DNA from: Octopus sinensis | Taxonomy: Eukaryota | Assembly: GCF_006345805.1 (NCBI RefSeq) | Contig: NC_043001.1 | Location: forward strand, 31,682,001-31,746,000 | Length of the DNA: 64,000 nt | Direction: 5' to 3' | Shown here: positions 24,520-37,741 of the stretch, one piece after another | How positions within the stretch are numbered: position 1 is the stretch's first letter | How the letters are laid out: each line of letters opens with the position of its first letter | Made by a program: the position numbers and the translations under genes | Notes under the pieces: model-generated | The model's database searches: none | What the model was told of the DNA's origin: nothing | The model's input: the letters and a program-made list of their open reading frames with translations, nothing else

Positions 24520-27500
24520 AGTAAACTATTGCCTGCCACTGACAAAACAGCATGGTTTGTCTAAATTTACTCTTATGATACAGAGGATCAAGCTAATCAG
24601 GGCATGTGTTTGATGCTACGTTTAAATAAAAATTCCATGAGATTTCTTTTGGGCGTGCTGAATAAATATAACGATAAATTGGACACTCGTACATACCACA
24701 CATCATCTCACATAGCGACTGTGATACGCAATATTTGAATTTAGCTATTGGTTCATTTTCTGCTAGTAATTATGGTGGTCCTATTGGTTCTGAAATAACA
24801 GCTATTCTCTTGTAACAGAAGAAAGTAGCAGTGAAGGTCAGGGCGTTATTTTACTAAGCATTGATAAAAGTTTCCAGCAAATTAGCTATATGAATCAGGG
24901 ATGTGATTTGTTGCACTTTGTCGTTTTTTGTTTCTAAGAGAAAAAGATGGGTATATTTTGTTCATTGTTGTGAAAAATAATTAATCAATTACCAGGTAGA
25001 GTAATTATGCATAGAATGGTGATGTACTGAATCAATGATTTGGAAATATTTCGGTTTGGAGGAAGGTTATCATGAAAGAACACTGTTATAATTATTGCAA
25101 AGTTGAAAAAAAAACCCCTTCCCCAATGAGATTGCAAAACCTCAGTGGGATCTAAGAACAGAATATTATCAGATTGATGAACCAAATGCCGAATGTCAAC
25201 TTCTATCGGTAGATGTTGACTTTTTATAAGTTCATTGGAGGGCCTAAATTCTACAAGAAATCTTCCTCAGCATGCAATTAATATTGTCGGTCGCTATAGA
25301 AGGCTAAATATGTTGATTTCAAATTTTGGCACAAGGCCACAATTGCGGAGTAGGCGGTAAGTCGATTACATCGTCTCCAGTACACAACTGGTACTTATTT
25401 TATCGACTCCCAAAGGATGAAAGCAAAGTCGACATCGGCGGAATTTGAACTCGCAACGTGAAGATGGACGAAATGCCGCTAAGCATTTTCCTCGGCGTGC
25501 TAACGACTTTGTTAGCTCACCGCCTTAAAAGTATATAAATGCCTCCCCGGTGGAAAATCGTACCCCTGTCTCCCCCGTAACAGACGGGAATGCTTACCGA
25601 GAATGGACTAAGAAAGCTTGATATATTGCTTTCATATATATGTAATCCAGACTAGTCCGTAATTGTTGCAGAGTTCTAAGTGCATAATATCAGAGAACTA
25701 AACCTATTCGAACTCCAATCTTTTGAATTTGAATCTGAAGGTATTACTAAAAAAAATTATGAAAACAAAAGTAGTTAAAAAAATTAAAGGCTTAATTTGC
25801 TCAATTCAATTCTAAAATTCCTTTGAACAACTTAGTTTATTGTGAAAATGAACAGTAGATATTTTTCTGAGAACAATGAAAACGGGCAACATACTACACT
25901 GGACAGAAATCACCAATTACTATTGGTATAATTTCTCACTCAATGTTGACCAACAAGTCAAGCAGACACGTCCGTTGGAGAACGAACATATATTTATAAT
26001 ATACTGATAAACGAACAGACAAAGAACAAACATAGATTGTCAATTAAAGAATCTTCTTTGCCGATCTTGGAGATTCTGAAATATATAATGTGCCCATGAC
26101 GTTATTAAACCAATCAAGGACATGTTTATATTAGGAGCTGAAAATTGTTAGTGGACACGATTGTCAAATATACAAGGCTACGGTTTTAATGATAGGCCTT
26201 ATTGAATCTTATGAATTTGGTAGAAATATGCCTGTGGATTTAGAACTTGCACTGCACTTAAAATACATGAGCATTGTATTTAGATATAGCTTTTTCTTTT
26301 TTTGGTTAAATCTCAGAGAAATTGGAATTCTTTCAAAATAGTAGTTGCCTATGGGTGTTGCATTGGAGGCAACATTCTGATGGTAATGATGAACATTTAG
26401 AGAGGCGTACTAATACTGATTTGCAAATCTCATCTCCACTGTGGGACGTCCCTTCACCAGCCCATTCCTGGGTTGTTAGTTCAAGGTACATTAATTTTTT
26501 TTAATCACCTCCAGACACTAATCAACACCTATTTAGAGAGAATTGAAGCAACCAACAAGAAACAGGGAACCAAGAGTAGCGATATATTTTCGACAACCTA
26601 CTAGATGCCACACAGAGCAACTATCTAAATTTAAATATTTTCTTTGTCGAAGGTCCTCCCGGCTCCACAAAGATATATTTCAACCGAATACTTATTGAAT
26701 ATGTAGAAGCATATTTGGATCAGCCACTTCTCACTGTTGCATCTCTAGGACTGACTGCATTGTTCTACATAAGTGGTTCTTCAGCTTATTCAAAGTTGTA
26801 TATTCCAATTTCTATTGACAGATATTCTGTTTACAACATTGATGTCAACAAACTGAGAAGCATATTTTGAACCTGCAACAACAAAATTTTGCGACCCATT
26901 CTTTATTTTACAGAATTGAAATGACTGTGGCTGGGTTGATTTTCCGTTTCATGTTGGTGAAGGGAGGGAGCAGCTAGACTCTGATAGCCAGATACGGTAT
27001 GGAAATGGTGATGAGTGAATGAACGTGTAAACCATCCATCCATCCATCCATCCATCCATCCATCCATCCATCCATCCATCCATCCATTCATTCATTCATC
27101 CATCCATCCATCCCTTCCTTCCTCCCTCTATCCATCCCTCAGTCCATCCATCCATCCATCCATCCATCCATCGCCCTTTCCATCTTCACTGCCTACTATT
27201 CCTGGGAAGGTCATGGGAGTACAATGCTTAGGCACCTTCTCTACAGGGTCCTATCAGAAGCAACCGTAATTAGACTTTCCGGCTGGGTCTCCAAGCGTGA
27301 CCGACTGAGACTATGGATATTATCCGGCCACCCCATTCTGGTCTCCAGCTGGTTTGACTTGAAGAATCTTTCTTTGCGATTCTTTCCAGCGACATTGTAA
27401 TCGCATATCCATTGTTCCGGATTTGTGATCTTTCAGTGCAGAGAAGCAGCGGCTCGATCTGGGAGACACTCCACGATCTCCGAGTGCTGCAATGCATGGA

Positions 27501-28330
27501 TGAACATGCAGTAATAAAAAAAGATTTCCGATAGCTCCTTGGATGCTGCTAACTTCACGGACCGAGTTATACTATCGTCTATTAATAGATATACCGATAT
27601 CCAAACTACAGTGGAGAAGGCTAGCCACTGGATTTGGTTAAAAAGAGACGATGAGCGATGGCTAGAAGAATACTGAGCTTTCTTTGATAACCAGCTGATC
27701 TAGCAAGCGGGGCCTCATATCAGTGAGGGGAGCCGGTGCGCATTGATGCCGTCGAGAGATATGCCCCGAAACGGCGCGCATTCTCTCCTGATGACCCCAT
27801 ACACTTGCTGGATTCTTGTATGCGGAGTTTTTGACTGGTAGCACTTGCATGTGCAAGTTGTTTGCAAGACATTTTTGAGTCTATAAGTAAAAGTAATTAT
27901 TAACATATTTGATAACAAAATAATCACTTACAAACGCTTTGATTACTGCAATAATGAAAATAAATTCCTTAATAACCAACACTGGTCAACTGATCCCATC
28001 ACATTTTACCTTGAAACGGATGTAAAGTAATCCTATTGCGAAATTTAGATAAGGCAAATTAGCAGTCGAATAATAATTCGCACAACCCATTTTCACAGAC
28101 AACACATATATAGGAGGCTTTGATACAGAAGATGAATATTCTGGAAACAATTACGTGATTATCACTTCTAGTTCGAATGACTTTCGGCAGTCAATAGATC
28201 TCATTGTTAGTCATTAAGTTAAATAGGTGTGTTATTCCCACCAGATTTGTTTGTGTATGAAGTTCTACCAAGAACTACACAGTGAACGGTTGGAATTATG
28301 TCGAAAAATGTCACCGATATTGTATAGACA
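24520..28330 (+). mobile_element. Heavily decayed autonomous Helitron (Rep + PIF1 helicase), interrupted by a SINE, (ATCC)n and other inserts
   Basis: Collinear relic motifs: IYSYDTEDQAN (~24570), FGGRL (~25057), DLRTEYYQ (~25149), FIGGP (~25232), QHAINIVGRY (~25269), IFFVEGPPGS (~26636, Walker A relic), LTVASLGLTAL (~26730), GCKVILLRNLD (28018-28050). Confidence 0.8.
25313..25526 (-). mobile_element. SINE family B inside the Helitron relic
   Basis: Reverse complement of the family B head, B box and central block. Confidence 0.8.
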
Positions 28331-28676
28331 GGAATTCCAATGTTGAAATGCTCTACTTAACTTCTATATATAACTCACCTACTTAATTCAAATAAATTTA
28401 TATATACGCACATATGTTTTAGTACTCCTTAATTTTTTAAAATCCTATTTTATTTTTTTAATCATCATCTTATCATCATTCACAATTTATCATCTTCAAC
28501 AACGTTGAAAACTTAAACCAGCAAAGAAAAGCGGGTACACACACCAGCAGTGTATTTAACAGTGAAAATAATAACAACTTGAGGGTAGGTAGATAATTCT
28601 TCGTTAGGTACTCTAAGTATGCGTCTGTCTCACGTAACCCAAACTCGTATGCGTATTAGACACAATACTTCCAGTT

Positions 28677-28897
28677 GGAGGCGCAATGGCTCAGTGGTTA
28701 AGGCAGCGGACTCGCGGTCGTAGGATCGCGGTTTCGATTCATAGACCGGGCGTTGTGAGTGTTTATTGAGCGAAAACACCTAAAATGCTACACGAGGCTC
28801 CGGCAGGGGGTGGTGATCCCTGCTGTACTCTTTCACCACACTTTCTCTCACTCTTTAACGGCGGTGCATCAGCATGGCCGCAGCTCTGAGCTGAAAC
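28677..28897 (+). mobile_element. SINE family C head joined to a family A 3' segment
   Basis: ggaggcgcaatggctcagtggttaaggcagcggactcgcgg...ctctcactcttt followed by ggcggtgcatcagcatggccgcag. Confidence 0.75.
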
Positions 28898-29259
28898 TAT
28901 AAAAAAAAAAAAATGGTTTCTAGACACTACCTTCTCGAAAGACATAATATGGTGGCTAGAACAATCTGGAATAGGGTTAGAAAGAAAAAAATAACCACAA
29001 ATAAAGATGAATAATATTGATGCTGATGGATAAAAAAAAATAGAAGTAGAATCTACAAATATGAACTGCAACTATATTAAAGAAAATAACAAAATATGAT
29101 TATTTAGGATCACAAAATATAAAACACTTACTGTTGTATGAAGAAATCAGCTGTCCACATGACATCAATATGGTGAAAAAAAATATAGGGGAAAGAATAC
29201 ATTTAGGAGCCGTTGTCGAGGAGTCTGCAACTCCATTACTGAAAGTACATTTTCAGTCT

Positions 29260-29676
29260 TACTCTTTTACTTGTTTCAGTCATTTAACTGCGGCCATGCT
29301 GGAGCACCGCCTTTAGTCAAGTAAATCGGCCCCAGGACTTATTCTATCGGTCTATTTTGCAGAACCGCTAAGTTATGGGGATGTAAACACGCCAGCATCG
29401 GTTGTCAAGCGATGTTGGGGGGACAAACACAGACACACACAGACACAGACACACATATACATACATACACACACACACCACACACACACACACATACATA
29501 TACATATATATACGACATGCTTCTTTTCAGTTTCCGTCTACCAAATCCACTCACAAGGCTTTGGTCGGCCCGAGGATATAGTAGAAGACACTCGCCCAAG
29601 GTGCCACGCAGTGGGACTGAACCCGGAACCATGTGGTTGGTAAGCAAGCTACTTACTACATAGCCACTCCTACGCC
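29260..29676 (-). mobile_element. SINE family A, full length
   Basis: Reverse complement of family A. Confidence 0.9.
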
Positions 29677-29998
29677 TTATACACATTATTTTCAAAACGA
29701 CAGTCTGTTTGACAATATACCCGTATCAAAACATGGCTAAAATTAGATACTTGGAGAAGAAATGTTGCGTCATGTTTCATACGCTACACCTCATGATATT
29801 TGGGACACTAAATATTTACATAACCTTCTAAATTTTAAAGTGTGAATGGTTGTAAAATGGTGACAAAGAGATAAGACCCTTTTCTTTAAAACCTTGCAGT
29901 GGAGCAGGGACCGATAAAAATAAACTCTAAAGTTTCGATGAGAAAGAGAAATATAGTTGGACATTGTCGGACAAGTGGCCGTACTTGGACAGAATACC

Positions 29999-30226
29999 TA
30001 TTTCTTTACTACTCACAAGGGGCTAAACACAGAGAGGACAAACAAGGACAAACGGATTAAGTCGATTATATCGACCCCAGTGCGTAAATGGTACTTATTT
30101 AATCGACCCCGAAAGGATGAAAGGCAAAGTCAACCTCGGCGGAATTTGAACTCAGAACGTAACAGCAGACGAAATACGGCTACGCATTTCGCCCGGCGTG
30201 CTAACGTTTCTGCCAGCTCGCCGCCT
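29999..30226 (-). mobile_element. SINE family B with a 14-bp TSD
   Basis: TTGGACAGAATACC at 29985-29998 and 30227-30240. Confidence 0.92.
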
Positions 30227-31616
30227 TTGGACAGAATACCACCACTTGGAGGTCTTAATGTAGTTTTTCATGAATACTTGGACAGAATACCACCACTCGG
30301 AGGTCTTAATGTAGTTTTTCATGAACTTTGCTGTGAGTTCTGAGAGCAGCAAAAGTAGTGAATTATCCTTCCATTTTCAGAGTGGAATCGCTTATCATTT
30401 GGTTTTTCATATAGTTTCAAGTAGATATTCATGAAAAATATCCATCTATACATCTATTTATTTATTCATTCATTCCGCTATCCGCCCGTACACCTATGTC
30501 TATTCATCCTCATCTAATGACGAATATTGCAAGTACGCAGACATTGGGGAAAAATGTCGCTAATACAGACGTAATTAATGCGCATGAAATAATGGAAGAT
30601 TCATATGAGTGGTAGTCGGTGCATTGTGAAGTACAAGCGAAGAAACGAGTACATAACACGTTCATAAATCTATATATCTTGACAGGAGAATAAGCAATTC
30701 AAATACAAAAGTACTTTGTGAAGCCTATTCGCAGCTGAACCGATTTACCAAAACAGAAACTTAGAGCGAAAACATTCAAAATATCTATACAAGTTCCATG
30801 TGCGGTACCATACTCACAAGTTATTTAGATCACAGCCACATAGACAAAGAGTGTAGTCTTTCTTTGAAGTGTTTTAGACATGAAATCTTATTTAGAAGGA
30901 TATACTTTCACTATTCAGAGTATAGCCATCAAATACCCGATAAAAATGAAGAAAACCACGGCAAGCTGGACAAAACCAGTGTAGAAGATATCACCAAAAT
31001 AACCAATAGCTGTTTCAAAATGCTCTCAATCTGTCCAGTTTTTATGACGTAAGATGAAGAAAAACGAAAAACGATATACTGTTCTATCTGAAGGCATCGT
31101 AGTAATCGGATTCTAGCACATTAAAAATATAAAATATTAGTGAAGCATTCTGATAAAAACATCTAAACATTTGTAAGCACAACAAACTCGATTCTGTTCT
31201 ATTGGGCAGAGAACAAAAGCCACATACTGTTTGTGTGTGTGTGTGTTTAGTTGTTCACCAGATACGACAAAACATGTGAATAAGGAGAAACAGCTACGAT
31301 AAAGCATTAGGGGAACCTAGAAAATTTATATTCTGAATATAGGTGGTCAGTCTTATTCATTCATAATCACCGGTATTTTGGGCAACAAAATGTTACACAC
31401 ATGCATACAACACACACGCACACATGCACACACGCACACACGCACACACACAAACACAGACACACTCTCACACACACACAAACACAGACACACACACACA
31501 CACGCAAACACACACAGACACTCACACACACACACACACAGACCTTCACAAGCACACATGCACGCAGATGCACATGCATATATATGTATATATATGAAAA
31601 CACATAAATTCATACG

Positions 31617-31655
<39 letters not shown>

Positions 31656-31658
31656 TTG

Positions 31659-31695
<37 letters not shown>

Positions 31696-32234
31696 CTTGT
31701 GTGCATTCTACTGTTGAGTCAATTGTTGAGAGGAATTCCTTCGATGGGAAAGCTCTCTTAGATAGACCTGCTTCCTACCTTGGGTAAATTTATTTCTCAT
31801 CGTACCACTGTAACACATACACACACATACACACACATACGCATGTGAATATGTGTGTGTGTTTATATTATGCTCAAAGTTACACTTTTGGTTGGCAGTT
31901 CCTTGATAATGTCCACAGAGTTTCTTTCAAGTACCTCATATAACAAACCTCTAAATGTTATTCTTACTACCCACAAAATTCACATTCAAGTTTCCTTTTC
32001 TGGTTAAAATTCGGTCATAACCTTATCATTTGAAGCAAGGATATTTTATGTAGTATTTACTTAGACAATGGTTTTGGATCCAATCGAATCAATCCATATT
32101 CTTCATTTGCCAGTAGGGGAAATCTATATGAACACAAGCATTACAGATTGCAATTGTAGTGTGACGAGTATAGAGCACATGCGAACTCATACAATCTCAC
32201 AAAAACGTCAACACTTACATGCATAGGCACATAG

Positions 32235-32239
32235 GTAGG

Positions 32240-32275
<36 letters not shown>

Positions 32276-32316
32276 AAGAAAGATAGATAGATAGAAAGAT
32301 AGATAGACAGACAGAC

Positions 32317-32351
<35 letters not shown>

Positions 32352-32372
32352 CAGATAGACAGACAGACAGAC

Positions 32373-32421
<49 letters not shown>

Positions 32422-32522
32422 GACAGACATATAGTTAGACAGACAGATAGATATGTTTCTCTATTTGCCACACAGGGCTGCACACAGGCGGGACAGATAG
32501 ATAGATAGATCAACAGATAGAT

Positions 32523-32577
<55 letters not shown>

Positions 32578-32655
32578 AAGATAGCTAGATAGCTAGATAG
32601 AGAGATAGATAGATAGCTAGATAGACAGATAAATAGATAGATAGATAGAAAGAAA
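32235..32655. repeat. (AGAT)n/(AGAC)n microsatellite field
   Basis: Direct reading. Confidence 0.95.
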
Positions 32656-32689
32656 GAAAGATTCTGTTCTATTGGGCATTGTAATTAAT

Positions 32690-32878
32690 ATGTCCATTGT
32701 AATTAATTTATAAATATATAATAAATCAGCATGTTTGTCAACATTATATAATGTATTAACCTACATTTTAGTTTTACTTCTTCGTTTATAAGACGTTTCA
32801 GGTGTGTCACGCTTCAGGTTCCAGAAGTCAGCCAGCATAACTGGGCTCCATTTCCTCTTATATCTGGTTTCATTGATG
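32690..32878 (-). mobile_element. Fragment of the Chapaev-3-type element (transposase C-terminus and 3' region)
   Basis: Collinear with ~34657-34845; flanked by (AGAT)n. Confidence 0.85.
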
Positions 32879-33369
32879 CTATATAGATAGATAGAAAGAA
32901 AGAAAGATAGATAGATAGATACATAATACATGGTGCATGTCTAGATTGTAAGTATATGCATGAGTATGCACACAAAAAGCAAAATATACCAATCTGCACA
33001 TGCAGTGACTCCAAATACTGCACATAAATACAAATGCACGCAAAAATACCCCGTTGATGTTGAAATTCCAATGAAGGAATCTTGAATCTAGGTTAGAAAT
33101 CGGTTCTTTCTCTACTGGCAAGAAATCTTGAAATAAATCTGAATAATGATATGAATACATACAAGTATATATTCATACATACATATGGTGGCTGCCCCCT
33201 CGTTATCAAGTATAGCCATTGCACGAAGCTTAATCAATGTTGTTATCGTGCAATGCCTGTGCAAGAAGATTTTTTTAAGTGAGGAAAGGCTGTGCACTGA
33301 GTCAATCCCACTCACTAAGCAACAACAGCCATAATCCGAAAAGAAGAACAAGTCAACATCATCGGTAAC

Positions 33370-33735
33370 CACTGAGCCGCAGGTTTTATGTCGGAGCTAT
33401 CCCAGTTACCTGAGTTACCTTCTCCTAGAAGGATGCCCTAACAAAGGCTAGGAGTCCTTCACTCCCAATGGTTTAACCGCGCGATCGGGTATTCAGTCCG
33501 ATTATTTCTATGTCCCCGCGCATGATACATCCTTAAGATATTTATTGGATGGCCGTTGACTCTCAAGAGTTCCTCCGCCCTTTGACGGGTTTTATTTTTC
33601 ATCCCGCAGGGTGTCCAATAAACACCCTCCTCACCAAGCAAGCTTGGTGGAGTTGCCGGTTTAGTCGCCGACGACCCGACCATGCAACAGGTTGTACTGG
33701 GTTACATGTTACCAGTAGCACTCGAAAGTGACCTG

Positions 33736-33737
<2 letters not shown>
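33370..33737 (-). mobile_element. Hairpin-rich retroelement fragment with an RTE-5'-domain-like motif
   Basis: Minus-strand ctcctagcctttgttagggcatccttctaggagaaggtaactc resembles, from memory, the motif in RTE 5' regions and associated SINEs; abuts (CATA)n. Confidence 0.5.
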
Positions 33738-33768
<31 letters not shown>

Positions 33769-34476
33769 CATACGTACATACATACATACGTATATACATA
33801 CATACATACATACATACATACATACATACATGCATACATACATGCATACATACATGCATACATTCATATATACATACATGCATGCATACATAGTCCTCAA
33901 TATGCAGTGAAGAGTTTCTAAGCATCAAATCTAACTGATGACCAAAGTTGCAAGTCTGGGAAGATGGGAGATATTCATAAAAGCCAATGAAGCAAATAAA
34001 TTTCTCATAACAAAAAGAAAAAGAAAAATGAAAAGTTAAGAAGAAATAAAATTAAAAAATAAAATATTGGTGATAGAGAAACTGAATAAAACCGCTTCAC
34101 CGTTTATCAAATGTTAAAAGTTGTCGATAAAAATTCTGTCATCTGAGAAGAATGGGTGAATAAAATTTAATGAAAAAGAAATTGAGAGTATGCTTTTGCA
34201 ATCTAGGAACATGAAATAACAACAAAATATCTAGTGCATAAAAATGAGATGTTAATAAATCTACCTATGAAGCTTCTATATGACTCACATAATAAGTGCC
34301 TGACCGAAAATGTTGCCACATAATCTATACTTGAAACATGGTGTTGTTAACATCACTATATATTGGATTCTGCTGAAAGGATAATCTTGAAGGTAAAAAT
34401 ATGGGAAGTTACAGCAATGTAGAGAGCAACGTCAAAATCTCTGTCATATGTAGTCCCTATAGAGCAGAAATATTTA

Positions 34477-36197
34477 CACTGTACAACAAATTTCATGGTC
34501 ATTTTATAATGAAGTTGATTGTGCTAAATTCGAATTTTATAACAAAAATTTCCCATCAGGGCACATTTTCTTGTAAATTACCGACTTAGCAACTATGCGA
34601 TTTACACCAATTTCTACGATACCATAAATTTATTTTGCTCCCAAAATTAGATTAGCTATGTCCATTGTAATCAATTTATAAATATATAATGAATCGGCAT
34701 GTTTGTTAACATTATATAATATATTAACCTACATTTCAGTATTACTTCTTCGTTTATAAGACGTCTCAGGTGTGTCACGCTTCAGGTTCCAGAAGTCAGC
34801 TAGCATAGCTGGGCTCCGTTTCCTCTGTACCTGTTTTCCATTGATGTTATATCTTGATAGAACCTCTCTCCATGTTCATCACTCACAACTGCATTCTCTG
34901 GGAAGAAGGAGAGATGAGAATGAAGAAAGCGTATCTTCAGTGATATATTGCATCCGAGATCTTGGTAGCACTTGATTAGGCGTTCCACTATACTCTGTCG
35001 CTGGGCCACTTGGTGCTTTCCCAGAAGTCCTTTGTATGCATCTTTGAATGCATGCCAAGCCGCTAGCTCAGTTTTATCCATTGCCCCTCGAAGTCGTCAT
35101 CAGCTGTAAGTTGACAAATCTGAGGGCCTGCGAATATGTCCTCTTTAATCTTGGCATCTCTTATTTTAGGGAAGATCGCCTTGTGATACTAGAAACATGG
35201 CAGCGCTTTGGTTAATTGCTTCATTAGGCCTAGTTTTATATGCAGTAGTGGCAAAAAGATTTTCTCCTTCTTAACTTAGTAGCCCATGATTTACATTATG
35301 GCATCCAGGCGTCATAGTTTCTCGAGGTAGCCATTCTGAGCGTACATAATGTTCTGATCTGACCCGACTGTCTCAAACTTGGTGTATTCAGTTTGTAGCC
35401 TATTAAGCAGGGTTACTACTTTCAAGTCCGCACAAATTAACCACTCATGCTCCTTATAACTTATGCGGTCTAGAATAAAAGCGAGGTTCTCATATGTCTC
35501 TCTTAAAATGATTGAGTGAGCAATTGAAACTGAAGGCATGGTGTTCTCAGTGTGTAACAGAACCAATTTTATGTTGTAAAGGGATTCATCTATGGATAAT
35601 CTCCACTTTTTTGGTTCATAGGTCAGCTCAAGGGCATTGAATAATTCTCTGATATTATTACAATAAGTCAAGTTGTTTTCGAAAGTGAAGAATTGCTGTA
35701 GGTCTGCAGAACGCTTCCTAAATAGTGTAATTCGAACATTTTTATCCAACAGGTTCCATTGTTGCAGACGTGAGGCCAGGACTTCACTCTGTTGCTTAGT
35801 AAATGTTAGATCACGAACGAGATCATTCAGTTCAGGTTGGGCAATGAGATGTGATTTCTTGTCAGATTTACCACGGATTTGGACCCATATAGCTATGAAA
35901 ATTTTGAGTGTACTTTTATAATTTTCATAGGTTAGGTTGACAAATACCTTAGGAACATCCCATTAAAATTATATCAAAATCCATTCATAACATTTAGAGT
36001 TGTCAGTTTCGGCCCAACCCTGTTTGCACTCGATTTCTGTGGAACCATCAGTGTATTTAGCGTAAGTAAGATGGTAATTTACGAGAAACTGGAGGGTCAC
36101 GGAAAGAAACGGATATTATATTCGTGGCCTACACACAAAATACCCCTAGAAATGGTTATTCTCATTTCGGTTTTTTTTTCTCCATTGTTATACAGTG
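34477..36197 (-). mobile_element. Chapaev-3-type DNA transposon with both ends and a decayed transposase
   Basis: TIRs CACTGTA(C/T)AACAA; TTA TSD at 34474-34476 and 36198-36200; motifs ELNDLVRDL...LASRLQQWNLL, WLICADLKVV, LHIKLGLMK, LGCNISLKIRFLHSHLSFFPEN-AVVSDEHGERFYQDI. Superfamily assignment is from recalled motifs and the 3-bp TWA TSD. Confidence 0.85.
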
Positions 36198-36599
36198 TTA
36201 TCTAAGATAGATAACACTGTATAAAAAAAGTGGTTGTCCGCTGAAGAAATCATTCGCCCAACTGACGTTAACATAATCTTAAAGGTGAAAGTAAAAGAAA
36301 GCATGTATACCGATTTTATTAGAAATCGGCTTATACTAAACCCGAACAATAACTTTCGATTTATCCTTGTAATTATTAGCGTGTTCTTGGTTATGTAACT
36401 GCCTCCGAAGAGGGACTGTTCTTTGTTTCCTTGTTTCTTTATAAGATACCAGCTACTTTATAAATGGATTTCAAATTATTAAAACAGAAAAGCATACGTG
36501 CACATATATATACATATATATGTACAACACTGGTCTTAAAACTGGTCTTAAAACTGGTCTTAACATTTTTAATGAGGCATTGAAGTGAAGTTTGATCAG

Positions 36600-36882
36600 T
36601 ATGGGGTGTTCATAGTTGGTAGTCGATAGAGAAAAGGTTTGTGACCACAGAAAGGATAGAGATATCAATGGCCTGTCTATCTGCCCCATCTCTAATGAAG
36701 AACGCTACAAATATCTTGAAATTGATGAGGATGTTGCATACGTTGGCTGTGTGAGCAAAACTAGAGTGCTAAAAGAATATTTAAGCAGGCTTTTGAAATG
36801 TATAAAATCAGAACTATCCTGATTCAATAAGTCTATATTCCAAAACACTTTTGCAACATCAGTGCTTGTATCAGTATTCAGG
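36600..36882 (+). mobile_element. Dong/R4-like LINE RT fragment
   Basis: YKYLEIDED...KTRVLKEYLSRL...KSELS*FNK...NTFATSVL, typical of the RT thumb region in R4/Dong-type elements. Confidence 0.7.
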
Positions 36883-36886
36883 GTAC

Positions 36887-37107
36887 TACGAGGGGTACTG
36901 AAAAGTTCCTGGTTTTAAGAGTATCGCGAAAGGCCTGGCTGGAGGCCAAGCCTTCCGAGTTCTTTTACAAAGATTTAGAAAAACTGAAGGACCGCGGCAA
37001 TAAGTGTGCGAATCTGAGAGGGGAATATGTTGAATAAAATCGTAATTAACTGGTCCTCCTGTATTTCCTTTTACCCAAAGCCAGGAATTCTTCAGCACCC
37101 ACTCGTA
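36887..37107 (+). mobile_element. Mariner-derived MITE with TA TSD
   Basis: TA-cgaggggtactgaaaagttcctgg ... ccaggaattcttcagcacccactcg-TA; retains a mariner transposase C-terminus (FYKDLEKLKDRGNKCANLRGEYVE*). Confidence 0.88.
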
Positions 37108-37652
37108 GACTGAGTACTTGAAGATTTCCTAACTTGGATGAAAATGCAGCTCTGATCAGCTTCTGCATCAACAGTGAAACCAACACGATTTATATTATAT
37201 GGAAAGAAGGAGGCCGAGTCATGAGGCTCTTCTAAACTACCTTTAAATGCTGTATAGCATCACCAAATATAACCTATCACCAGTATAGCATCACCAGATT
37301 TAACATAACTAAATCACAAGTATATTCTAAATGATTAATGATATTTTGAGAGTGGGTGAAGAATAGGTATTCTTTGAGTACAGATGTTGCTTGTGACGCA
37401 AAAGTAAATGTAATGATCAACTGGAAAGAAAATTGAAGCAAAAGTTGTGCTCGGGTACTTATTCTCGAAAGTTAGAGAATAACAACAGCATTAAGAAAAA
37501 GATTAACTTCTTTTCGATCAGTGATTGGTTAGTAAACTTATCGCGAAAATAAGAGGTGTGGGTTCGATTCCCATGTGTACTAATTCCCATATACATACAT
37601 ACACACATACACACATACATGCATACACACATACATACACACACACATACAC

Positions 37653-37741
<89 letters not shown>

